Source of the DNA: Candidatus Ozemobacteraceae bacterium
Lineage (GTDB): Bacteria > Muiribacteriota > Ozemobacteria > Ozemobacterales > Ozemobacteraceae
Direction: 5' to 3'
Length of the DNA stretch: 64,000 nucleotides
NCBI GenBank assembly: GCA_965140445.1
Contig: OZ223236.1
Coordinates: 4,512,001 to 4,576,000, forward strand
The translations under genes were made by a program, and so were the position numbers. Positions 9,548 through 20,351 of this stretch are shown in pieces. How positions within the stretch are numbered: the stretch's first letter is position 1; every line of letters begins with the position of its first letter. The notes below the pieces were generated by a model that saw only the letters and a list, made by a program, of their open reading frames with translations, was not told the origin of the DNA and made no database searches.

Positions 9548-9653
9548 TTTTTTCTCCAGAGAATTCAATATTCAACCATATCCAATTATCTAAAAAGCTA
9601 TTAATTTTCAAGGTAAAAGCTATATTTTTTTTTAAACCATCTCACAGTTTCAA

Positions 9654-9682
9654 TTGCATTTCTATTATTTTTCCTGTATAAA
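9654..9682 (+). promoter_or_regulatory. Possible sigma70 promoter for the EF-G paralog
   Basis: TTGCAT-17 nt-TATAAA. Confidence 0.4.
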
Positions 9683-9734
9683 TACCAAAAACACATAGCT
9701 ATACCCCTTTTAGTTAGTATCTGAGGAGAAGAAT

Positions 9735-11813
9735 ATGAAAATTTATACTACCGACAAAATTCGCAATTTAGGCCTCGTTGGTCACGGCGGATCCGGAAAA
9801 ACCTCACTGGCTGAAGCCATGCTTTTCCACACTGGAGCCAACTCGCGAATAGGCAAAGTTGATGATGACTCATCAATGATGAACTACGATGCAGAAGAGC
9901 AAAAGAGAAAAGCCTCTGTGGCAACTTCACTCGCAGCACTAGAATGGAAAGATGTTAAAATCAATCTTCTTGATGCTCCTGGGGTTGACGATTTTCTTGG
10001 TGAAGTTTTTAAAATTGTTGGAGCAATTGAAACTGCTATAGTTGCAGTTAACGCTTCTTCACCTGTAGAAGTTGGTTTTGAAAAGAACTGGAAAATAATG
10101 GAAGATAACAAGGTTGGAAGAATCGTTTATCTTACCAAACTTGATAAAGAAAACATCAACCTTGAAAAGGTTTTTTCTGAATTAAAAGATTTTGACTCAA
10201 AAATTACTCCTGTTATCATCCCTTGGGGAACTCATGAAAACCTTAAAGGCGTAATTGATCTTATCAACATGAAAGCTTATGCTTACAATGATGATAAAGG
10301 CAAAGACATCAAAGAACAGGACATACCTGCAGATCAGATGCCATTAGTTGAATCTCTCAGAGAATCAATGGTTGAATCAATTGTTGAATGTGACGAGCCA
10401 TTAATGGAAAAATTCTTCGAAGGCGAAGAAATTAGCCCTGCAGAATTGAAAGCTGCAATTAAAAAAGGTCTTGCCAACAACGAAATCAAGCCTCTTCTAA
10501 GTGGCATGTCACTTAAAAACATCGGAACAGAAAATCTTCTTAACTTCATAGCAGAATGCGCCCCAAGTCCACTTGATTGTTCAAAAGTCACTGGCAAAAC
10601 AGGCGATACTGATGAAGCAATCAAAGTTAATCCAGATGGAAAAACCATTGGATTTATTTTTAAGAAAATTAACGAACAAGTTGGAGATATGATTTTCCTC
10701 AAATGTCTCAGCGGCTCGTTTGTATCTGGAACGGAATACCTCAATCCTGCGGTAGAAAACTTTGAAAGATTCAGTTCTTTTGCAACTCTTCGTGGCAAAA
10801 ACAAAATTGACATGGAAAAAGTTGTTGCCGGAGACATCGCGGTTCTTGTTAAACCTAAATATTCTACTCACGGACATACGCTTTGCGATAAAAACGGAAC
10901 CACAGTAGTAAACGTTCCTACTCTTCCAGAACCAAAATTAACTTTTGCAGTTAATCCAAAAACTAAACAGGATCAGGAAAAAATGGGAAGCGGTCTTCAT
11001 ACACTCTGTGCAGACGACGGCGTTCTTTCTTACAAATTTGATCCAGAATTAAGCCAGGGTCTCCTTTCTGGACTTGGCGATACTCACATTGATGTTGCTA
11101 TTTCAAGATTGAAATCCAGATGGAACGTTGAAGTTGATATTCTCAAGCCAAAAGTTCCTTACAGAGAAACAATCAAAGGCAAATCAAGAGTTCAGGGTAA
11201 ACACAAGAAACAATCCGGTGGACGTGGTCAGTATGGTGATGTTTTCATTCGTTTCGAACCACTTCAGGGTGCTGAATTTGAATTTGTAGATGAAATCGTT
11301 GGCGGCGTTGTTCCAAAGAACTTTATCCCAGCCGTTGAAAAAGGCCTCCAGGAATCCAGATTAAAAGGCGTTCTTGCTGGTTTCAAAACTATCGGTTTTA
11401 AAGCAACGATCGACTTCGGTTCTTATCATGATGTTGACTCATCAGAAATGGCATTCAAAGTTGCAGCCAGCCTTGCCTTCAAAAAAGGCATCATGGAAGC
11501 AAAACCAGTTCTTCTTGAACCAATTTATGAAGTTGCTGTTACAGTTCCAGATGAGTACATGGGTTCAATTATCGGTGATTTAAACTCAAGACGTGGAAGA
11601 ATCCTCGGCATGGAACCACAAGAAGGTGGACAACAGCTTGTTAAAGCTCACGTTCCACTTGCAGAAATGTATAAATATGCAACCGATCTCAAATCAATGA
11701 CTCAGTCAAGAGCAGATTACGTTATGAACTTCAGCTCTTACGAAGAAGTTCCTGGCAACGTAACCGAAGATGTAATTAAAGAATATAAACGAGAAGACGA
11801 AGCGGAAGCTTAG
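9735..11813 (+). CDS. fusA: Elongation factor G-like protein (EF-G II / fusA2 type)
   Basis: Five-domain EF-G with KKQSGGRGQYG, GSYHDVDSSEMAF and DLNSRRGRI. G-domain motifs diverge: GHGGSGKT, RKASV, DAPG, TKLD. Confidence 0.92.
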   Translation: MKIYTTDKIRNLGLVGHGGSGKTSLAEAMLFHTGANSRIGKVDDDSSMMNYDAEEQKRKASVATSLAALEWKDVKINLLDAPGVDDFLGEVFKIVGAIETAIVAVNASSPVEVGFEKNWKIMEDNKVGRIVYLTKLDKENINLEKVFSELKDFDSKITPVIIPWGTHENLKGVIDLINMKAYAYNDDKGKDIKEQDIPADQMPLVESLRESMVESIVECDEPLMEKFFEGEEISPAELKAAIKKGLANNEIKPLLSGMSLKNIGTENLLNFIAECAPSPLDCSKVTGKTGDTDEAIKVNPDGKTIGFIFKKINEQVGDMIFLKCLSGSFVSGTEYLNPAVENFERFSSFATLRGKNKIDMEKVVAGDIAVLVKPKYSTHGHTLCDKNGTTVVNVPTLPEPKLTFAVNPKTKQDQEKMGSGLHTLCADDGVLSYKFDPELSQGLLSGLGDTHIDVAISRLKSRWNVEVDILKPKVPYRETIKGKSRVQGKHKKQSGGRGQYGDVFIRFEPLQGAEFEFVDEIVGGVVPKNFIPAVEKGLQESRLKGVLAGFKTIGFKATIDFGSYHDVDSSEMAFKVAASLAFKKGIMEAKPVLLEPIYEVAVTVPDEYMGSIIGDLNSRRGRILGMEPQEGGQQLVKAHVPLAEMYKYATDLKSMTQSRADYVMNFSSYEEVPGNVTEDVIKEYKREDEAEA

Positions 11814-11825
11814 TTTCACTATAGG

Positions 11826-11854
11826 AAAGCCCGGAGAAATCCGGGCTTTTTTTT
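11826..11854 (+). terminator. Intrinsic terminator
   Basis: AAAGCCCGGA-gaaa-TCCGGGCTTT followed by a T run. Confidence 0.9.
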
Positions 11855-11903
11855 ATTCCTGTTTTGCGATATTGTTAGTTAGCATTCAACCGGGAGAGAA
11901 TTT

Positions 11904-12659
11904 ATGTCCACTGAAAATAGTCTAGAGAAGCAGTATCTATTGACTCCTGACATTAAAATTAGTTCAGTTGAGTTAGATCTTTTGAAATCCGCTTTATTAA
12001 AAGGAATTAGTAACAATTCAGAAGTTCCATTATCAGACATCGCGGTTCTTTTGCTTGCTAACTTACAAGACGCCATAAAAAATAAAGTTAATTCCAGAAA
12101 CATAGATTTCGATTTGAATCAATCACTTCCGACTTCTGAAAAAGATGATTTTAAAGCCGCCATTATAAAGGGCATGTTTATAACATTTTTAGAAAACGAA
12201 CATTCTTTACCAGGTTTTCTTAAAATTTGCGGAGGAATTGGGGCAACCAGTTTTGGCATCGGCTCTTTGAAATTTTCATCTCTTAAAACAAGCTTAAGTA
12301 AAAATGAAATGATTATCCCGGACTTAATAAAAGATGAAGTAAAAAAGTATCAAATCACACACCTGCAGAAGTGCATTTCAGAAAACTACGTCACAGATTT
12401 TTCAGACATTAGAAGAGGTTTACTGTGCGCCCTTTTATCTGGAGCTTTAATTCCAATTTACTTGATGGCCATTTGCAAAGTCGAAAATATTTCATCCCCC
12501 ACAGAGCACCAGGTGCAAAAAGCACAGGAGATTGTATTGCAAAAATTCAACTCCGGTTCACCAGGTGTAACAAAATTATTCTCTCAAAGCCTTTTTGCAA
12601 CGATGTTTGACACATTGTTTTCCCATTCGTCTACTGTGCACTCAATTTTTTCAAACTAA
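11904..12659 (+). CDS. Hypothetical protein (helical, 251 aa)
   Basis: Long ORF with a GGGAGAG RBS. No motif recognised. Confidence 0.7.
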   Translation: MSTENSLEKQYLLTPDIKISSVELDLLKSALLKGISNNSEVPLSDIAVLLLANLQDAIKNKVNSRNIDFDLNQSLPTSEKDDFKAAIIKGMFITFLENEHSLPGFLKICGGIGATSFGIGSLKFSSLKTSLSKNEMIIPDLIKDEVKKYQITHLQKCISENYVTDFSDIRRGLLCALLSGALIPIYLMAICKVENISSPTEHQVQKAQEIVLQKFNSGSPGVTKLFSQSLFATMFDTLFSHSSTVHSIFSN

Positions 12660-12698
12660 TCCAAGTTTAATACACCGTATTTTTGTCAGAATAGGGTG

Positions 12699-12728
12699 TT
12701 GACAGACCCATTCAATAAAGTAGATAAT
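12699..12728 (+). promoter_or_regulatory. sigma70-type promoter
   Basis: TTGACA-18 nt-GATAAT upstream of the large lipoprotein. Confidence 0.45.
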
Positions 12729-12768
12729 ACCAAAGTCCAAGTAATTATTGTATGGGGGAATTAGTTGT

Positions 12769-15700
12769 ATGGCAAAATCTTGCCGAAATAATAATCTGCT
12801 TCTTTTGATTGGTGTGCTTTTATGCATTACGGCGTTTTATGGCTGTGGTGGCGGAGGTAGTAATGATGATCCTCTTCCAGGAAACACATCTTTAACAACT
12901 TCAATCACCGGTAAAATCACTTCTTCTGCTATTTTGTCTTCGTTTAGAGATGAAGAAAAAGGCAACATACGTGCCGCTATAAACGCAGCAAATGTTGAAG
13001 TATTTATCGAAAGCAATAGAACTGCTTACAACACAAGAACAGACGCAGAAGGCAAGTATGTTCTAACCGGTGTTCCATTAGGCACCCATCGAGTTGTTGC
13101 TATTATAAAAACAGCAACTGGAAAAACCTATAAAGTAAGATCCGGGGAAGTAGCCGTTTCTTCTGCTGGAACAGCTAAAGAAGCAACAACTCTGCTTCTT
13201 CAACAGGCAACATACAATGTAACTGGAATTATTAAAGACTCCAATGGCAACCCAATGCCTAACGCTCCTATAACTCTTTGGGGAGAAACATTTTACACCG
13301 ATGCAAGTGGAAAATTTGCTTCACCACTCATGCCAAACGGCGTTGCAGCAGAACTTAAGTGTATGGTTCCAGGCTATCAGCAAACAGTAATCCCTGTAAC
13401 ATTTAACTCCCCCACTCCTCAATACATCGAACAAACTATTGTTCCAACTTCTTCCACAAATCGCCCCCCAACTTCCAGCTTATCAGCAACTAACTATGAG
13501 CTTCAAACCAGACAGCAGGTTTCTTTGACTGCTACAGCTCAAGATCCAGATGGTGGCAATCTCACCTATGCCTGGAGTGCAACTTCAGGAACAATAGCAA
13601 CTTCTTCCAATCCTTTGGTAGCAGTTTGGACCGCCCCTGACGTTGAAACAGTGGCAACAATAAGCTTTACCGCAATGGACAGCGGCAATCTTACAACTAC
13701 TTCTCATGTTTCCATAAAAGTTGGAAATTCCGGCACAACAGTTCCCGGCGCAAATCACTCACCAGTAATTCTGGGAATAGTAACTGCCAGTTCAACATTT
13801 TTGAATAATATGGACTATACTCTCACAGCGAATGCAACTGATTCTGATGGCGACGCTCTAACTTATTTCTGGAGCACAGCCCAAGGTGGAGTTTCTCCAA
13901 CCGATCAGATTTCTACAACATGGAGAACTCCTAACGTAAACACCACAACTTACGTCCAGGTATCAGTGCTTGTAAGTGACAACAGAGGTGGAGCAGCGAA
14001 TAGAACTGCCACATTTACTGTTAGTCCAAACCCAAATCCCCCAGCAAACACATCTCCAGTAGTAACAATTTCCTCTCCTGCCAGCAACACCATTTTGGTT
14101 CCCGGCGAAGTCGTTTACAGAGGCAGTGCAACTGATGTAGAAGACGGAACACTTGGAGCTGACAGCATGGTTTGGTATCAGGGTATTGAAGGCATGGCAC
14201 CAACCAAGATTGGCGAAAAGAGAAGTGAAATTCGTCTTCAGGTGCTTACTCCTGCAACATATGTTGTAACCCTTCAGGTTAGCGATTTGCTTGGCGCTGA
14301 AAGCCAGTCTGCTATCAAGTTCAGAATAAACGCAACCCCCACAGCGTCCATTTCTGCACCACTTAACAATAGCGTTTTCCAGCTAGGTCAAACAATTAAT
14401 TTCACCGGCGTTGGAAATGATGTGGAAGATGTTTTGGTTAATAGCGCAAGCCTAAGTTGGAAATTTCCGACCCAAACTTTAACTGGAACAAACCCTTCTG
14501 TTAATAACCTTACAGCTGGATCTCAAACAATTGAGCTGACTGCAACTGACAGACACGGCGGAGTATCAGCAAAGAATTCAATTCAAGTATACATAAACAC
14601 ACCTCCTGTTGCTTCTATTACAAGTCCTGCAAGCGGCTCTGTATTTCTGACTTCACAGGAAATAAATCTGAATGTAAATGTTACTGATGTTGACGGAACA
14701 ATAGCATCAAATAGTATTCAGTGGTTAGATGGGTCTACTTTAATTGCAAGGGGCTATGCATGCAAAGTTAGCACTTTAACTGCCGGAGTTCACCGAATAA
14801 ACTTGAATGTAGCAGATAGCATGGGCGGCCAAACTTCTGGCAGTCTTGATGTTATTATTAATCAACGCCCAACTATGGTGATAAACCAGCCAGTCAACAA
14901 TGCGGTAGTTTTTGCGAATCAAGCTCTTAGCTTTATGGGTTCTGGAAACAGTATCTTTGGCTCTGTTTCATCCTCAACTATGGTTTGGGAAGATTACAAC
15001 ATGGTTTCAACTTCAACAATCAGCACTGCCAAAGCTCAATTTTCAAAAACCTATTTAAATACTGAGCTTGGAAAACATATTATCACCCTTACTGGAAGAG
15101 ACCAATATGGTGCAGCAAGTTACACACAGCACAGCATTTTTGTAAACGCCACACCGACAGTCGCGATAACAGATCCAGCGTCAGGGACCAGATTTAATCT
15201 TGGAGCTCCTATAACCTTTAAATCAAGTAAATCTGACCCAGATCCAACAGATGCACTTACCATAAGATGGCTTGACGGAACGACTCCAATTGGCACGACA
15301 GATAATCTAACGACTAGCGCTCTAACAACAGGAAATCACAACATTTTTTGTGAAGTAACTGATTCTCACGGCACGACTTCAGTTGCTTCTATATCAGTTC
15401 TGGTAAACACACTTCCAGTAGGAACATTCACATGGAACTATGCGAACCAGTATGCAACAGCTCCAAGTCAGGCTCCAGTCTTTATATCAGCTAACCCATC
15501 AATGGAACTTACCTTTGGATTCGCAAGCTATGATCAAGACACAAACGGAACCGTAGAAGCAATCTCGGTTAATAATGTTAAGTGGTATAACACGGTTAAT
15601 AATAATCTGACACAAATTGGAACTGGCGCTGCATTGACAACTACACTTCCAATTGGTTTATCAACAATTACTGTTGAGCTGTTTGACACCTACTATCCAA

Positions 15701-16614
15701 CTTACGGCAGCCAGGCAAAGAATTCTTATTCTATGCAAGTTCATGTTTGGCAGAGCGTTTCTTACAACTCAGGCGCGGGTGAAATGGCGGCAAATCCAAA
15801 ATGGATTTCCGGAAAAGGCAGCGGAAAAGACGCTGATCTTGGACTGGTGTTTGATAACGGCCCAACCAACTTGGCCTTTAAAGCGATTACTTTCCATGGC
15901 AACTTTGGAACTGAGTGGCTTGAAACCAAGCAAGACCTTGACATTGACGCAAGTTACCTGGGATTCAGCAGCCTTGTTTCTTCGGTGAGACACTCGGGAA
16001 AAATGGTATTGCTTGGTATTGCCACCGGCGCACAAACTATTTATTACTCAGATATGACCGCAACAACAGCGCGAGAAATCTTTACAAGTGGATCTTTCAA
16101 TACACCTCGAGCAATATCCTCAGATGACAATGCATTCTTTATTGCAAATACAGGTGCCAACAACATATTGCTTTATAACCCAAATGGCGGCGGGAGCATC
16201 TCGAAAACCGTAACAATGGCAAATAACACTAATTTCAGCGCCCCGATTTCCATAAGATACTCCAATAAGAACTATGGAAAGGTATTTGTTGCTGACCGAG
16301 GAAATAATCGTGTTGTAATATATGGTTCAGAGCTACTTGGTTCAGAAAAAACTCCTGTAAATGCAAGTGCTCCAACTGACATTGCTTTTACAACCAGCTA
16401 TATGTTCAGTATAGATACAACAAACCATAAGGTTTCATTGCATAATCCGGCAAATGGCGATCTTTCTATGAACTTTGGAAAGCTTGGAGCTGGAATCGGC
16501 CAATTTAATACCCCAATTAGCATATTCTCCAATGGATATGACCTTTTCGTTATTGAAGCTGGCAACAACAGAATGCAGGTAATCAGAAGTGGCATGGCTG
16601 ATTGGCTGAAATAA
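12769..16614 (+). CDS. Large surface lipoprotein with carboxypeptidase-regulatory-like, tandem PKD/Ig-like and C-terminal NHL-like repeats
   Basis: Lipobox FYGC-GGGG; repeated N.PP...A.D.DG..L.Y.W units; NHL-like FVADRGNNRV and IEAGNNRMQ. The likely start is ATG 12769. Confidence 0.85.
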   Translation: MAKSCRNNNLLLLIGVLLCITAFYGCGGGGSNDDPLPGNTSLTTSITGKITSSAILSSFRDEEKGNIRAAINAANVEVFIESNRTAYNTRTDAEGKYVLTGVPLGTHRVVAIIKTATGKTYKVRSGEVAVSSAGTAKEATTLLLQQATYNVTGIIKDSNGNPMPNAPITLWGETFYTDASGKFASPLMPNGVAAELKCMVPGYQQTVIPVTFNSPTPQYIEQTIVPTSSTNRPPTSSLSATNYELQTRQQVSLTATAQDPDGGNLTYAWSATSGTIATSSNPLVAVWTAPDVETVATISFTAMDSGNLTTTSHVSIKVGNSGTTVPGANHSPVILGIVTASSTFLNNMDYTLTANATDSDGDALTYFWSTAQGGVSPTDQISTTWRTPNVNTTTYVQVSVLVSDNRGGAANRTATFTVSPNPNPPANTSPVVTISSPASNTILVPGEVVYRGSATDVEDGTLGADSMVWYQGIEGMAPTKIGEKRSEIRLQVLTPATYVVTLQVSDLLGAESQSAIKFRINATPTASISAPLNNSVFQLGQTINFTGVGNDVEDVLVNSASLSWKFPTQTLTGTNPSVNNLTAGSQTIELTATDRHGGVSAKNSIQVYINTPPVASITSPASGSVFLTSQEINLNVNVTDVDGTIASNSIQWLDGSTLIARGYACKVSTLTAGVHRINLNVADSMGGQTSGSLDVIINQRPTMVINQPVNNAVVFANQALSFMGSGNSIFGSVSSSTMVWEDYNMVSTSTISTAKAQFSKTYLNTELGKHIITLTGRDQYGAASYTQHSIFVNATPTVAITDPASGTRFNLGAPITFKSSKSDPDPTDALTIRWLDGTTPIGTTDNLTTSALTTGNHNIFCEVTDSHGTTSVASISVLVNTLPVGTFTWNYANQYATAPSQAPVFISANPSMELTFGFASYDQDTNGTVEAISVNNVKWYNTVNNNLTQIGTGAALTTTLPIGLSTITVELFDTYYPTYGSQAKNSYSMQVHVWQSVSYNSGAGEMAANPKWISGKGSGKDADLGLVFDNGPTNLAFKAITFHGNFGTEWLETKQDLDIDASYLGFSSLVSSVRHSGKMVLLGIATGAQTIYYSDMTATTAREIFTSGSFNTPRAISSDDNAFFIANTGANNILLYNPNGGGSISKTVTMANNTNFSAPISIRYSNKNYGKVFVADRGNNRVVIYGSELLGSEKTPVNASAPTDIAFTTSYMFSIDTTNHKVSLHNPANGDLSMNFGKLGAGIGQFNTPISIFSNGYDLFVIEAGNNRMQVIRSGMADWLK

Positions 16615-16621
16615 TCTACTG

Positions 16622-16661
16622 AAAAAAAGCCCCGTGAGCATTTCGCTCACGGGGCTTTTTT
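16622..16661. terminator. Bidirectional intrinsic terminator
   Basis: A7-GCCCCGTGAGC-atttc-GCTCACGGGGC-T6. Confidence 0.9.
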
Positions 16662-16683
16662 ATTGTATCTACAATTTAGTTAT

Positions 16684-18015
16684 TTACAGCTGATCGTAAA
16701 ACTCTCTGAATTTTTTCCTGGCAGTTCTTACAATTAGCTCTCTGCGTTCAGTGCTCTTCATTTTTCCTTCAATTTCAAATAAACCAAAATTAGCATTCAT
16801 TGGATGAAAATGCTTGTGCCCTTTAAAAGTAATGTATTTTAATAGAGCCCCAATAATAGTTTTTGAGGGTGGAAACACCGGTTCTTTATCAAGTGTTATT
16901 CTGGCAGCATTAAAACCAGCTAATAGACCAGTTGCTGCTGACTCTGTATAACCCTCAACACCGGTTAATTGTCCGGCAATAAATATTCTTTCATCAACTT
17001 GAGTTTGAAGCGTCCTTGTTAAAAGAGTTGGAGAATTCAGATATGAATTGCGATGCATTTGTCCGAATCGCACAAATTCAACATTTTCAAGACCTGGAAT
17101 TAATCTGAATACCCGCTCCTGCTCTGGAAATTTCAAATTAGTCTGAAATCCAACCAAATTATAAAGACTAGCCAACAGGTTGTCCTGACGAAGCTGAACT
17201 ACGGCATAAGGTCGCTTATCGGTTCTTGGATCTGTAAAACCAACCGGTTTCATTGGGCCAAACCTAAGTGAATCAATTCCTGTATCGCCAATAACTTCAA
17301 CTGGCTGGCAAGCATTGAAAAATTGCTTTTTGGAAGCTTTTTCCAAATCAGAAAGTGGAATTCTTTCTGCTTCAAGCAGCGCTTTTACAAACCTGAGATA
17401 CTCTTCCTTGTTCATCGGGCAATTGATGTAATCACCTTTAGCACCTTCTCCATATCTATCTGCTTTAAAAGCAATTCCCATATCAATTGTTTCCAATTTA
17501 ACTATAGGTGCGATTGCATCGAAGAAGTTCTTATGAGTATCACCAAATTTATCGCAGAGAGCTTTCATAAGTTTTGGAGAAGTTAAAGGACCCGAAGCGA
17601 TTATTACCATTCCTTCGTCTGGAATTGTATCAACTTCTTCATTGACATAATCAACTAACGCATGTCCTTTAATATATCTTGTGATTTCCCTGGCAAAGGC
17701 GCCTCGGTCAACTGCAAGAGCATTTCCAGCTGGAACTCTATACTTGTAAGCAACATCCATTATGTAGCTTCCAAGTAATCGCATTTCCTCTTTTAATAAA
17801 CCCGAAGCTCTATCTGGTAGATTGCTGCCAATAGAGTTGCTACAAACCAACTCCGCGATATAATCCGTAGTATGTGCGCCAGTTTCTACAACAGGTCTCA
17901 TTTCACAAAGCTTGACCGGAATTCCTCTACGAATCAACTGAAAAGTTGCTTCAGCTCCTGCAAGCCCAGCTCCGATTATTGTAACCTGTGGAAATTTAGT
18001 TTTTTTGCTCGTCAT
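16684..18015 (-). CDS. trmFO: FAD/folate-dependent tRNA m5U54 methyltransferase
   Basis: IIGAGLAGAEA, AELVCSNS, FGPMKPVG, YAVVQLRQDN, YNLVGFQT and AGQLTGVEGY. Confidence 0.96.
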   Translation of the reverse strand: MTSKKTKFPQVTIIGAGLAGAEATFQLIRRGIPVKLCEMRPVVETGAHTTDYIAELVCSNSIGSNLPDRASGLLKEEMRLLGSYIMDVAYKYRVPAGNALAVDRGAFAREITRYIKGHALVDYVNEEVDTIPDEGMVIIASGPLTSPKLMKALCDKFGDTHKNFFDAIAPIVKLETIDMGIAFKADRYGEGAKGDYINCPMNKEEYLRFVKALLEAERIPLSDLEKASKKQFFNACQPVEVIGDTGIDSLRFGPMKPVGFTDPRTDKRPYAVVQLRQDNLLASLYNLVGFQTNLKFPEQERVFRLIPGLENVEFVRFGQMHRNSYLNSPTLLTRTLQTQVDERIFIAGQLTGVEGYTESAATGLLAGFNAARITLDKEPVFPPSKTIIGALLKYITFKGHKHFHPMNANFGLFEIEGKMKSTERRELIVRTARKKFREFYDQL

Positions 18016-20320
18016 TGTCTTCGCCTTCCGGGAACTTTTTATATTTGCATCCTTTGGCAGAACACTTTACATGTGGCCCAAGTTTTTTAGTAGAATGTTG
18101 AACCAAAGGCGCTTTACAATCAGGGCAAAGCTCACCAGTCGGCCTGGCCCAGGTAGTAAATTCGCATTCTGGATATTTTGAACATCCATAGAATAATCGG
18201 CCACGTTTTGATTTCTTTTCAAGAATTTTTCCATCGCATTTTTCTTCTGGACAAGAAATACCTATTTCAACAACTACCTGCCTGGTATTTTTACATTCTG
18301 GATATTTTGAACAAGCTATAAACCTTCCAAATCTTCCATTCCTATAAATCATCTCTGCGCCACACTTATCGCAGATTTCTCCCGCGGGTTCAAGATCAGG
18401 AGGAGTCTCTTTTTGAATCTCCTGAATCAATTCTTTCATTTTTATTGGCCCAGCTGGAATTCCACTGGAAAACAACATAATATCATCCGGGATATTAATT
18501 GTTGATTTACATTCAGGGTAGCCAGTGCAAGCCAGAAATTTTCCGGTTTTTGCCAATCTGGCAACCATAACTTTGCCACATTTTTCGCAATTGCAATCTG
18601 TTTCAATCTGAACCTTTTCAATGCTTTCTTCTGCCTTTTTAAGATCCTGAATAAAGGGACCATAAAATTCAGCAAGAACATCAGTCCAGTCTGTAGATCC
18701 TTCTTCTACAGCATCAAGATGGTTTTCCATTGATGCAGTAAATCCTGGATTAATAATATCTTCGAAGCATCGCTCAAGAATATCAGTTACAACAAAGGCA
18801 GCATCTGATGGATGAAATTTTCCTTCAACTTTCTTCACGTATTTTCTTTGCTGTATAGTCTCAACAATTGTTGCGTAGGTACTTGGTCGACCAATCCCCT
18901 CTTTTTCAAGGGTTTTAATGATTGAGGATTCGTTATACCTTGGTGGTGGGCTGGTAAAATTTTGCTTTGAATTTACTTCTTCTAACTCCAGTGGATCACC
19001 ATTTTTTAACTCTGGCAATTTCTGCTTATCATCACCAATCTCTTCAAGATCTTCAGCTCTTGTATACAATGAAGAATAGCCATCAAAGGTGAGAGTCGTT
19101 CCAGAGGCCTGGAAAATGTGATTTTCAACTTCAACATCAAGATTTACAACTTTAAATTTTGCTTCAGCCATTTGTGAAGCAACATATCTTTTCCAGATAA
19201 GTGTATAGAGCTTGAGCTGTTCAGGTTTAATATAAGGTGCCATTTTTTCTGGAGTTCTCCAGACAGAGGTTGGACGAATCGCCTCATGCGCATCCTGGGC
19301 ACCTTTCTTGGCTTTAAAGACTCTGTTTTTCTTCAAAAGATATTCAGAACTGAACCCTTTTTCCAGGAAATCATTTAATTCATTTAAACCTTCTGGAGAA
19401 ATTCGACTAGAATCCGTTCTCATATAGGTTATCAAACCGACCTGGCCTTCTTTGCCAAGCTCAACGCCTTCATAGAGTCGCTGAGCAATAGTCATGGTTC
19501 TTCTCGGAGTAAATGAAAACTTTTGAGCTGCTTCAGCCTGGAGTGTACTGGTAATAAACGGTGGAGGCGGAGCTTGTTTTCTTTCTCTGCTGGCTACTGA
19601 ATTTACTTTCAATTTAGCAGATTTAATCGCATTAGTAATTTTTTCAGCACTTGGTTCGTTTGGAACAACAGACTTTTTACCGTCTGTTTTAACAAGCTTT
19701 ACAATAAATGGTCGGCCTTTTTGCCCTTTAACACTAGCTGTAATAGTCCAGTATTCTTCTGGAATAAATGCAAGAATCTCTTTTTCCCTTTTACAGATGA
19801 ACAAAACAGCTACTGACTGCACTCTTCCTGCAGACAATCCAAGACAAATTTTGTTCCAGAGCAAAGGCGATAACCTGTATCCCACTAATCGATCCAGTAT
19901 TCTTCTGGATTGTTGAGCATTTACAAGATTAAAATTTATTGCTCTTGGGTTTTTTAGGGATTTTAAAACGTCTTCTTTGGTAATTGAATTGAATGTTATT
20001 CTGCATTCAGAAAGTGGATCTATGTTTAAAACATTGGCCAAATGCCAGCTGATTGCTTCACCTTCACGATCCGGATCGGGTGCTAGAAAAATATTATCAG
20101 CTGTCTTAGCTACTCTTTGCAGTTTTACAATTACATCTTCCCTGTCTCTAACAACTCTGAAGTCAGGTACAAAGCCGTTTTCAGGACTAACTCCAAATCT
20201 TGATGGCGGTAAATCAATAACATGACCTTTACTCGCCTCAATTACAAAGTCTTTTCCCAGAAATTTTGATAAGGTTTTAATTTTTCCGGGTGATTCTACA
20301 ATTATCAGATTTCTGGCCAT
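17996..20320 (-). CDS. topA: DNA topoisomerase I with C-terminal zinc ribbons
   Basis: IVESPGK, DPDREGEAI, SAGRVQS, LITYMRTDS, AQDAHEAIRPT and several C4 ribbons. Confidence 0.98.
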   Translation of the reverse strand: MARNLIIVESPGKIKTLSKFLGKDFVIEASKGHVIDLPPSRFGVSPENGFVPDFRVVRDREDVIVKLQRVAKTADNIFLAPDPDREGEAISWHLANVLNIDPLSECRITFNSITKEDVLKSLKNPRAINFNLVNAQQSRRILDRLVGYRLSPLLWNKICLGLSAGRVQSVAVLFICKREKEILAFIPEEYWTITASVKGQKGRPFIVKLVKTDGKKSVVPNEPSAEKITNAIKSAKLKVNSVASRERKQAPPPPFITSTLQAEAAQKFSFTPRRTMTIAQRLYEGVELGKEGQVGLITYMRTDSSRISPEGLNELNDFLEKGFSSEYLLKKNRVFKAKKGAQDAHEAIRPTSVWRTPEKMAPYIKPEQLKLYTLIWKRYVASQMAEAKFKVVNLDVEVENHIFQASGTTLTFDGYSSLYTRAEDLEEIGDDKQKLPELKNGDPLELEEVNSKQNFTSPPPRYNESSIIKTLEKEGIGRPSTYATIVETIQQRKYVKKVEGKFHPSDAAFVVTDILERCFEDIINPGFTASMENHLDAVEEGSTDWTDVLAEFYGPFIQDLKKAEESIEKVQIETDCNCEKCGKVMVARLAKTGKFLACTGYPECKSTINIPDDIMLFSSGIPAGPIKMKELIQEIQKETPPDLEPAGEICDKCGAEMIYRNGRFGRFIACSKYPECKNTRQVVVEIGISCPEEKCDGKILEKKSKRGRLFYGCSKYPECEFTTWARPTGELCPDCKAPLVQHSTKKLGPHVKCSAKGCKYKKFPEGEDNDEQKN

Positions 20321-20351
20321 TATTTCTCCCTAGCTATGTCCGATGCTTTAA

